This document shows, piece by piece, positions 48,451-55,881 of a DNA stretch of 55,881 bases (its first letter is position 1; each line of letters starts with the position of its first letter). The notes under the pieces are model-generated. The model made no database searches, was not told the DNA's origin, and saw only the letters and a program-made list of their open reading frames with translations. Origin of the DNA: Erysipelotrichaceae bacterium (GTDB lineage Bacteria > Bacillota_I > Bacilli_A > RFN20 > CAG-826); contig DURD01000029.1 of assembly GCA_012837435.1 (NCBI GenBank), positions 1 to 55,881 on the forward strand, read 5' to 3'. A program made the position numbers and the translations under genes.

Positions 48451-49979
48451 TATGGTTTTTTTCCTCCTCTAATACGGGAAAGATTGATTTTGCTTTCATC
48501 AATGATGACCGAAACAAAATCGTTTTCATTCCATAAATCTGGGGTATTTAAAATAAAATCTTCCTCTTCTTCAGTACGAACCATGACTTCATAGTGATCG
48601 CCTAGATAAATTAAGGAAATAATTCTCCCCTGAATATCACTAGCATCTAAATCATCAGAAATTGAAATAGCATCAAACGGCACTTCGACATCAACATCCA
48701 TATCGGTCGGATCGATTTCATTACCTTTGGCGTCTATAATTAAACCATCTTCATTCATTTTAGCTTCTGGGAAGAGACTCAAAATATCGACATCAAAGAC
48801 AGAATTAGCGAATTCGACTTTGTGATCTTTGGTAATATAACCATCGTAAAAATTGGAGATAAATGGTTTTTTCATGATCTGAATATTGTTCGATTCAACA
48901 GACAAGGAAACTTTTAAACCTTCCTCAAATTCAATGGTCGAATGAGCGATTAACTCTGCCTTACCGATGTTGATAATGTATTCATAATGCGTGCCTTTAA
49001 ATATTTTGGAGGCGATTACGCCATTGACAACACCTTTATCGATAGTTTTTATAACAACATCTTCTGGCCTAATCACCACATCAACTTTTTCATTGACCTG
49101 AAATTTATCAAAATCAGCGGGATCAGCGTTCCAGTATTTATTTAGAAAGCGCACTCTATTATCTTTTGCAATCGTACCATTGTAGATACTAGATTCACCA
49201 ATAAAGTCTGCGACAAAAGCATTGACTGGTTCATCGTATATTTCTTTTGGTTTTCCTACTTGTTGAATTTTTCCATCGTTCATAACCACGATGGTATCTG
49301 ACATCGTCAAAGCCTCTTCCTGGTCATGAGTAACATAGATAAAAGTAATGCCGAGTTTTTTATGCATATCTTTTAATTCGAATTGCATCTCTTTGCGCAT
49401 CTTTAAATCAAGGGCGCCTAGAGGTTCATCTAACAAAAGTATTTGGGGTTTGTTGACGATAGCTCGTGCAATAGCGATTCTCTGTTGTTGACCCCCACTT
49501 AAGGTGGCAATATCTCTTTTTTCAAAGCCCTCGAGATCGACAATATTTAGAGCAATTTTAACCTGCTCTTGTATTTCTTTTTTAGTATAGCGGCGATACT
49601 TTATTACCGTATTACCTTTTTTGTCTTTGGTTTCGTACGGGATTTTTTTAAGTTTTAAACCAAAGGAAACATTATTGTAAATATTTAGATGAGAAAATAA
49701 AGCGTATCTTTGAAAGATAGTATTAATTGGTCTTTTGTAAGGTGGAAGCAAAGAGATATCTTGTCCATTCAATAAAATCGTTCCAGTTGTTGGAAGTTCA
49801 AAGCCCGCGATCATCCTGAGGGTGGTGGTTTTTCCACAACCAGAAGGTCCTAAGAAAGTTACAAATTCACCTTTGGTAATGTCGAGAGTGAAATCCTCAA
49901 CAACGGTTGTGCCATCAAATTCTTTGCTGACATTTTGTAGGGAAATTATTATATCTTTTTTTTCCATGATTTCGTCCAC
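48450..49979 (-). CDS. potA: Polyamine ABC ATPase with extended C-terminus
   Basis: GPSGCGKTT, LSGGQQQR, LDEPL, VTHDQEEAL. Confidence 0.92.
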   Translation of the reverse strand: MDEIMEKKDIIISLQNVSKEFDGTTVVEDFTLDITKGEFVTFLGPSGCGKTTTLRMIAGFELPTTGTILLNGQDISLLPPYKRPINTIFQRYALFSHLNIYNNVSFGLKLKKIPYETKDKKGNTVIKYRRYTKKEIQEQVKIALNIVDLEGFEKRDIATLSGGQQQRIAIARAIVNKPQILLLDEPLGALDLKMRKEMQFELKDMHKKLGITFIYVTHDQEEALTMSDTIVVMNDGKIQQVGKPKEIYDEPVNAFVADFIGESSIYNGTIAKDNRVRFLNKYWNADPADFDKFQVNEKVDVVIRPEDVVIKTIDKGVVNGVIASKIFKGTHYEYIINIGKAELIAHSTIEFEEGLKVSLSVESNNIQIMKKPFISNFYDGYITKDHKVEFANSVFDVDILSLFPEAKMNEDGLIIDAKGNEIDPTDMDVDVEVPFDAISISDDLDASDIQGRIISLIYLGDHYEVMVRTEEEEDFILNTPDLWNENDFVSVIIDESKINLSRIRGGKKP

Positions 49980-50301
49980 CTTTCTCAGTCTTTTTTGTTG
50001 TAGGATTTACAACTAAAAAATATATATAAAAATTGATGAAAAAACAAACAATTTTTTTTGATTTTTTTTGAACTGAAATTTTTCGAAAAAATTAAAAATA
50101 AAAATATCTAGCTGTAATCACACTTTTTATTGCAATTTTGTTTAAAATTAACGCGTAAATTTTTTAGGTTTTTTTTACCATTTTTTTCTCGATTTTTTTC
50201 GACCGTTTTTTTGAGTTATTTTTTTGTTAATTTTCTCTAGATTAATTTTTCACTTTTTGTCTCTCTTGTTCACACGAATAACTTTCTCTATAATTGAAAT
50301 T

Positions 50302-51384
50302 ATGAAAAACAAATACTTACTGCCAATAGTTGCTTTTCTTTCTTCTTGTTGTTTAGCCGGCTGCACAGAAGTAAGAATATGCCTGACTTATGGGACTTAC
50401 ATCAATCATACCCCTTCAACTTTGAAGGAATTAGATAACGATGAACTCTATAATCGTTTATTCGAAAAAGAAGAAAATCTTCTTCTCGCGGTTTATCAAG
50501 GAGCATACAGCGAAGATTGTTTGTGTTGGTCAACATTTGAAAACGTCATTTCAAATTACATAAACAAATATCACGAAATGATTTACGTGTATAACGCCCA
50601 AAACATCGAAGATTCTTTGAAACAACTGGATATTCTAAAGTTAGAGAAGAGCACTCCAGCTTTGTATGTCTTCAAAGGCAGAAGACAAATCATTTCTTTT
50701 TCCTACGATAAAAACCGAGATCGAACTATTTTCGAAGATTTAGATGGTGAATTATTAAATAAGAGAATTCATCAATATGTAGAAGCCCCGAAAATCTATT
50801 ATGTCAATCGCGATTATTTAGACAAGAATATAAAAGAAAACAATGAATTTATCGTTAGCTTTTTTAGAGAAGCATGTGGAGATTGTAGTTACATAATGCC
50901 TAATGTAATTTTACCCTACATAGAAAGTAGAAAGCTCAGGATTAATTTTTGGATTTTCGACATGCAAAAAGATTACGAATTAAGCAAAAATTCCACGGAT
51001 GAAGAAGAAAAAGAACATTATAATGTGTTAAAAAATCATTTTCATCTTTCCGCAAGTAGCGATCCAAATCTTGGCTATCTAGGAGGAGTAGTTCCAACCA
51101 TACAATATTATAAAAATGGACAACTAGTCGATGCTTGTGTTTATTTTAATGATACTATTGATAAAAGAGATGGCGTTTACTATATTTCCGATTCTTTTTA
51201 TACAGAAGAGAGGTTGCCTCATTTACATTACACAGATATGGTATTAAAAGGCTTGGAATTAAATGAAGACGAAGTAATCCAAACAAAAAGTGGCTTTTAC
51301 TATTGGAGTCAAGACAAAGCGGCTTTAAAACATAACGCTATTGCGACTTCTTTTTTAGATATGTATCTTTCCTATCTTTATTGA
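50302..51384 (+). CDS. Lipoprotein with thioredoxin-like folds
   Basis: Lipobox LAGC, CLCW and CGDC motifs, VPT cis-Pro-like motif; start moved to ATG 50302. Confidence 0.65.
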   Translation: MKNKYLLPIVAFLSSCCLAGCTEVRICLTYGTYINHTPSTLKELDNDELYNRLFEKEENLLLAVYQGAYSEDCLCWSTFENVISNYINKYHEMIYVYNAQNIEDSLKQLDILKLEKSTPALYVFKGRRQIISFSYDKNRDRTIFEDLDGELLNKRIHQYVEAPKIYYVNRDYLDKNIKENNEFIVSFFREACGDCSYIMPNVILPYIESRKLRINFWIFDMQKDYELSKNSTDEEEKEHYNVLKNHFHLSASSDPNLGYLGGVVPTIQYYKNGQLVDACVYFNDTIDKRDGVYYISDSFYTEERLPHLHYTDMVLKGLELNEDEVIQTKSGFYYWSQDKAALKHNAIATSFLDMYLSYLY

Positions 51385-52007
51385 CGATACTTTCTATAGA
51401 CTAGCGCGCCACTATAATCTTTGTACTCTTCTAAATCTAAAGTGTCGCCTTCAATGTACTGATAATTAGGAAATTCTTTTTCAAAGGCTTCGAACATTCC
51501 ATTATCTGGATAACCGCTGTCATATTCTTTCATATAGTAATGCACAGGAATAACGATTCGGGGTTTGACGATGTTAGCAATTTGTCTTAGTTCGCGAGGA
51601 CCAATTGTATAAAAACCATTTATCGGAGCAATCAATACATCGCAACCTTTAATGCTGAGAATATTTTTTTCTTCTGGAACACAGCCCGTATCTCCTAAAT
51701 GAACAACTTGATAGCCATCAACATCGAATACATTAATGTTGTTTAAACCTCGACGTTGACCTTTATGGTGATCGTGAGGAACAGTGATGAAAAAATGATT
51801 TATTAGAGGTTTTTTATTAGTTAATTTGATTAAATTTTTAGCATTGTGATCGAAATGATCGTGCGAACAATAAACTTTATCCGCTCTTATGTTCGTTGGA
51901 ATTTTTAGGTTTGGTACACTTCCGTGAGAATAAGGATCGATAACAATCGCAAAATCATTGCTCTCGATTAAAAAACAAGAATGACCAAAATAAATTAATT
52001 TTCCCAT
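51378..52007 (-). CDS. MBL-fold metallo-hydrolase
   Basis: GHSCF, IDPY, SHDHFDH, HLGD, IPVHY. Confidence 0.88.
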   Translation of the reverse strand: MGKLIYFGHSCFLIESNDFAIVIDPYSHGSVPNLKIPTNIRADKVYCSHDHFDHNAKNLIKLTNKKPLINHFFITVPHDHHKGQRRGLNNINVFDVDGYQVVHLGDTGCVPEEKNILSIKGCDVLIAPINGFYTIGPRELRQIANIVKPRIVIPVHYYMKEYDSGYPDNGMFEAFEKEFPNYQYIEGDTLDLEEYKDYSGALVYRKYRQ

Positions 52008-52100
52008 ATTCAACACCTCTAACAACATTATTATAGAACAAATGATTTAATTTTGCGATTATATCGCATAAAATCAATAGTTAGAAGGGAATTATTATTT

Positions 52101-52829
52101 ATGTCTAAAAAAGTTAAAGCTAAAAAAGTTAAAGCTAAAAAAGTTAAAAAAACTGAAAGATTTAAAAAAGTTAAAGCTCTGTGGAGCGAATTTAAAGAAT
52201 TTATTAATCGCGGTAACGCCTTTATGCTCGCCGTCGGTGTAGTAATTGGTGGAGCCTTCAACGCAATAGTTACATCATTTGTTAATATGTTGTTAAGCAT
52301 TGCCACTTGGCCAGTTCCCGGTGGTTTAAAAGGTTTTGTCACAGTTTTACCAGCGCTGACCAATGCTCAAAAAGGTGCGGCCTTTGAAATCGATGGAAGA
52401 ATCGTTAATCTACAGTCGTTTACTATGGCACAAGCCAATGAAAGAGTAATTCAATTTGCCAAAGCACAAAACAAGGTGTTGACCATTGATAGTCCAGATT
52501 TCATTCATTGGAAAAATTCATTGCTCAGTTTATACAATCAATATGGGACAACTTTTACTTCTAAAGCCTGCGCGGTTATCGATTGGGGAGCTTTATTAAC
52601 ATCTTTAATCAGTTTCTTGATTATTGCTATTGTTTTATTTATCATCGTTAAAGCCATCAATACCGCGGCCAGAAAAAAAGCTGAACTCGAAGCAAAAGCT
52701 CTAGAACAATATTACGAAAAACATCCAGAAAAAAGACCAGTGGTCCAAGATCCAAGTTTACCAGAACCCACAGAACTCGATTATTTAAAACGCATTACTG
52801 AACTTCTCGAGAAAAAAGAGTCAGAATAA
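52101..52829 (+). CDS. mscL: Large-conductance mechanosensitive channel, extended form
   Basis: EFKEF..RGNA..LAVGVVIGGAF..IV.S.V, G.....I.FLII, L..I.ELL; start ATG 52101. Confidence 0.85.
   Translation: MSKKVKAKKVKAKKVKKTERFKKVKALWSEFKEFINRGNAFMLAVGVVIGGAFNAIVTSFVNMLLSIATWPVPGGLKGFVTVLPALTNAQKGAAFEIDGRIVNLQSFTMAQANERVIQFAKAQNKVLTIDSPDFIHWKNSLLSLYNQYGTTFTSKACAVIDWGALLTSLISFLIIAIVLFIIVKAINTAARKKAELEAKALEQYYEKHPEKRPVVQDPSLPEPTELDYLKRITELLEKKESE
52105..52178 (+). repeat. 15-bp coding tandem repeat (KKVKA) at the mscL N-terminus
   Basis: ctaaaaaagttaaag about x3, plus a separated fourth copy. Confidence 0.85.
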
Positions 52830-52844
52830 GACAATCTAGAAATT

Positions 52845-52871
52845 AAAAGGAAGCCATATGGCTTCCTTTTT
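52845..52871. terminator. Bidirectional terminator between mscL and fba
   Basis: aaaaggaagccatatggcttcctttt perfect inverted repeat. Confidence 0.85.
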
Positions 52872-52891
52872 GTTATATTAATAACAAAATA

Positions 52892-53866
52892 TTAAATCTT
52901 GTCGTTTGAACCTAAAACATTAAGAATTTTATGTTTTACTACTTCTTTAACATAGTTTCTTCCATCCCCAATGTATTGACGGGGGTCGAAATGATCTGGG
53001 TGTTTATTTAAGTGTTCTCTAATACCCGCGGTCATAGCTAAACGTAAATCGCTATCGATGTTAATCTTGCAAACGGAAGAACGGGCTGCTTTTCTCAATT
53101 GCTCTTCAGGAACTCCCACTGCATCTTTCAATGAACCTCCATTGTTATTGATGATTTTTACATATTCTTGATTGACAGATGAGGAACCATGAAGAACGAT
53201 GGGGAAACCTGGTAATCGCTTGCTAATCTCCTCTAAGATATCAAATCTTAATGGAGGAGGTATCAAAACACCAGTTTTAGGATCAACTGTACATTGTTCG
53301 GGTTTAAATTTATAGGCGCCATGTGATGTACCAATAGCAATAGCCAAACTGTCGCAGCCCGTTCTACGAACGAATTCTTCAACGTCTTCTGGTCTTGTAT
53401 ATGATTCCGATCCATGCGCCACATTTACATCATCTTCAATGCCTGCTAGAGTGCCAAGCTCAGCTTCTACTGTGACGTAAGGAACATGAGCATGAGCATA
53501 TTCAACCACCTTACGAGTCAGAGCGATGTTTTCTTCAAACGATTTGCTGGAAGCATCGATCATCACCGAGGTAAAACCACTATCTATGCACTCTTTGCAT
53601 ATTTCAAAATCAGCACCGTGATCGAGATGTAAAGCGATAGGGATATTTGTATCTTTCACAGCGGCCTCTACAAGTTTCTTTAGATAAATTGGCTTAGCAT
53701 ATTTTCTTGCACCCGCTGAAACTTGGAGAATGACTGGAGAATTGCACTCTTTAGCGGCTTCAGTAATAGCTTGGACAATTTCCATATTGTTGCAATTAAA
53801 AGCGCCGATGGCATATCCTCCCTCATAGGCTTTTTCAAACATTTCTTTTGTGTTTACTAATGGCAT
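52892..53866 (-). CDS. fba: Class II fructose-1,6-bisphosphate aldolase
   Basis: GAFN, HLDHG, EAELG, GTSHG, VLHGSS, KINIDS. Confidence 0.95.
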   Translation of the reverse strand: MPLVNTKEMFEKAYEGGYAIGAFNCNNMEIVQAITEAAKECNSPVILQVSAGARKYAKPIYLKKLVEAAVKDTNIPIALHLDHGADFEICKECIDSGFTSVMIDASSKSFEENIALTRKVVEYAHAHVPYVTVEAELGTLAGIEDDVNVAHGSESYTRPEDVEEFVRRTGCDSLAIAIGTSHGAYKFKPEQCTVDPKTGVLIPPPLRFDILEEISKRLPGFPIVLHGSSSVNQEYVKIINNNGGSLKDAVGVPEEQLRKAARSSVCKINIDSDLRLAMTAGIREHLNKHPDHFDPRQYIGDGRNYVKEVVKHKILNVLGSNDKI

Positions 53867-53911
53867 AATATATTCCTTCTTTCAACTTTTATTATTATAT
53901 AATAGTTTCTC

Positions 53912-54979
53912 TTATTTTGTTAACATTGTTTTGAATAGCCCTTTAATATTTAAAAGCGCATCTAAATCATAAGTATTTTTCAAAACTAAGGGTTGAAGCG
54001 AGTGTTTAATTTGGCTTTTAATTTCGTCATAGTCATCTTCTATTTGATAAAATTCGTCGCTCATAACATCGATAACTAGCAATCTCAAACATGAAATTAT
54101 AGAGCTTTCTAACCAATAATATCGTTTAGTGTATGTAAAAAAATCAAACTTTCTTCTTAAAGAAAGATAAGCAGTCAAGCCCTCGCTCGGTTCATTCCAT
54201 AAATTTGAAAAAATAAAATCGTAATCGTGATCTTTTATCTTTTCCGCGAATAGAAAAGCATCCGCTTTATGGATATAAATCTTTTCTTTAAATGGAAAAA
54301 GAGGGAGAAAGTATTTGTAAAATAGGTTAATTAAATCAGAGTTGTTTTCTACGATATGAACTTCCTTAACATTTTCTTTTAAAGATGTCATATATGCAAA
54401 ATAACCCAATCCCATTCCGAGAATTAATACTTTTCCTTTGGCCACCATGATAGGTATTTGCATGGTTTTAATTTTTAGAGGAGTAAGTCTCATCAGTTTA
54501 TTATTTTCTAAAAAAATCGTAGGGCAAAAGAATGGTTCGTCAAAAAAACCAAAAGATGGTTTCAAAGTCATATTACTACCAGAAGCATATTTATCATCGT
54601 TAACAAAAAGATTATAGGATGGAATTTTTTCTTGTTTTAACGTCCATTCTTTTTCATTAAAAGATATGCTTTTTAAAACCTGTAAATAAGGATTGAATAA
54701 ATATTCGTCTATAGAAAGAAAATGACAATCCCATAAAATGTTATTAGTAATAAAATTACTGTCAGTGGGATATTTTTTTAATAAACTTTCTATTAATTTT
54801 TCTCTTTTTTTAAGCGGTTCTTCTTTTTTTAATTCTTCGATGAACAAGGGATTATCAAAAGATTGATTGTCGAGCAAGATGTTATGCATATAATGCAAAT
54901 AATCGATGTTAAGTTGATGTTGTTCTAACAAAGATACAAACTTCTTTTTTTCAAAATCATTTTCAAAAGAAAAATACAT
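53912..54979 (-). CDS. SAM-dependent methyltransferase-fold protein (spermidine synthase-like)
   Basis: VLILGMGLGY, IVE, ADAF, YDFIF. Confidence 0.65.
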   Translation of the reverse strand: MYFSFENDFEKKKFVSLLEQHQLNIDYLHYMHNILLDNQSFDNPLFIEELKKEEPLKKREKLIESLLKKYPTDSNFITNNILWDCHFLSIDEYLFNPYLQVLKSISFNEKEWTLKQEKIPSYNLFVNDDKYASGSNMTLKPSFGFFDEPFFCPTIFLENNKLMRLTPLKIKTMQIPIMVAKGKVLILGMGLGYFAYMTSLKENVKEVHIVENNSDLINLFYKYFLPLFPFKEKIYIHKADAFLFAEKIKDHDYDFIFSNLWNEPSEGLTAYLSLRRKFDFFTYTKRYYWLESSIISCLRLLVIDVMSDEFYQIEDDYDEIKSQIKHSLQPLVLKNTYDLDALLNIKGLFKTMLTK

Positions 54980-55690
54980 TTAACTGACCTTCAGTTTTAA
55001 TTTTTCTAAGAGGCGTTCGTCAAAAGGTTTATTAGAAACTGGAACAATTGATATGTATCCTTCATCGACGTGCCTAGCATCTGCGTCTTCGGGCATATCG
55101 AGATAGTTTTCAAGATCTCTCTGACCGTAATAACCCTGTTCATCTTTTTTGTAGTAATTATAATCACGACGGTAGTATAGCTTTCCTAATTTGATACCTT
55201 TTGGAGAACCATTTGGAAAATTAACGTTCAATACATAGTTTTCTGACAAAAGATCATACTTTAAAACATAATTCCAAACTTCTTCAAAATTATTAACTAA
55301 ACCATAAAAATCATCAAACGGGCAAGAAAAAGCTATTGCCTTATGTCCACTGATAGAGCCGATTAGTGCGGCACCGACAGTACCAGAAAAAAGGACATCA
55401 TACGAAAGGTTGTGCCCATCATTGCATCCTGTTACTACTAAATCAAACTTTTGATTCAGACCATTTAAAGCAAAAGATGTACAATCCGCGGGAGTGCCAT
55501 GAATGGCATAAAATTGTTCGTCAATTTTTTCTACTTTTAAACTTCCTCTAATAGTGAGGGAGACGCTCTTCCCCGACATGTTGCTGTATGGGACCACGAC
55601 AGTCACATCGCCAATTTTTTTTAATTTTTCATGAAGGAGTTTTAATCCTTGGGCTTGATAGCCATCATCGTTAACTAATAATATTTTCAT
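54980..55690 (-). CDS. surE: 5'/3'-nucleotidase SurE
   Basis: ILLVNDDG, SG.S, GTPADC, G.N.G.N, SGTVGAA. Confidence 0.93.
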   Translation of the reverse strand: MKILLVNDDGYQAQGLKLLHEKLKKIGDVTVVVPYSNMSGKSVSLTIRGSLKVEKIDEQFYAIHGTPADCTSFALNGLNQKFDLVVTGCNDGHNLSYDVLFSGTVGAALIGSISGHKAIAFSCPFDDFYGLVNNFEEVWNYVLKYDLLSENYVLNVNFPNGSPKGIKLGKLYYRRDYNYYKKDEQGYYGQRDLENYLDMPEDADARHVDEGYISIVPVSNKPFDERLLEKLKLKVS

Positions 55691-55721
55691 ACACTCTATT
55701 CTCTTATAAATAGGAAGAAAA

Positions 55722-55746
55722 TAAAAGAGGGAAAATTTTTCCCTCT
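55722..55746 (-). terminator. Terminator upstream of surE
   Basis: agagggaaaa-t-ttttccctct hairpin with T run on minus strand. Confidence 0.6.
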
Positions 55747-55881
55747 ATTATCTGCTGTTAACTTTCAATTGATGTGGGACTTTTTTGTCCTTGCTCACTT
55801 CTTATTCTAGTGAATTCCTCTTTTAGTTCAACTTCTATCTCATTTGGGGTCTTACATTTAAGAACGAATCTAGGCATATTG

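Noticed and set aside
49990-50260. A/T-tract-rich intergenic region as an origin or ncRNA
   Set aside because: No DnaA-box cluster or stable structure; consistent with divergent promoters
55747-55881. Possible gene end or structured RNA at the right edge
   Set aside because: Truncated, with no diagnostic motif

Overview
AT-rich, code-11 chromosomal segment. Gene content and style suggest a reduced-genome Bacilli/Mollicutes-related lineage (inference). Most genes are on the minus strand. The housekeeping backbone comprises acpP, gmk, hflX, gltX, cdaA, deoD, a Pit transporter, potABCD, mscL, fba, surE, two P-type ATPases and 12 CCA-encoding tRNAs. Accessory blocks interrupt it, mostly just downstream of tRNA 3' ends. 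Highlights: (1) two paralogous AAA-ATPase/nuclease-like (DUF4143-type) genes, each with its own different 23-bp tandem array in the same register directly upstream of a TTGAAA-N17 promoter, and sharing a distal TTATG-N5-GTCAA motif; (2) a preQ1-I riboswitch ahead of a queuosine-precursor transporter coupled to an SDR oxidoreductase, a candidate new Q-salvage enzyme; (3) an ECF sigma/anti-sigma/Cys-His protein cassette between 58-bp direct repeats, one running into a dif/Xer-like 11-6-11 site; (4) a compact Tad/Flp-like pilus operon with a 47-aa pilin missed by the ORF track; (5) a short glycyl radical enzyme with atypical motifs; (6) a yybP-ykoY riboswitch and several apparently leaderless genes. 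All calls come from reading the sequence; no database searches were run.
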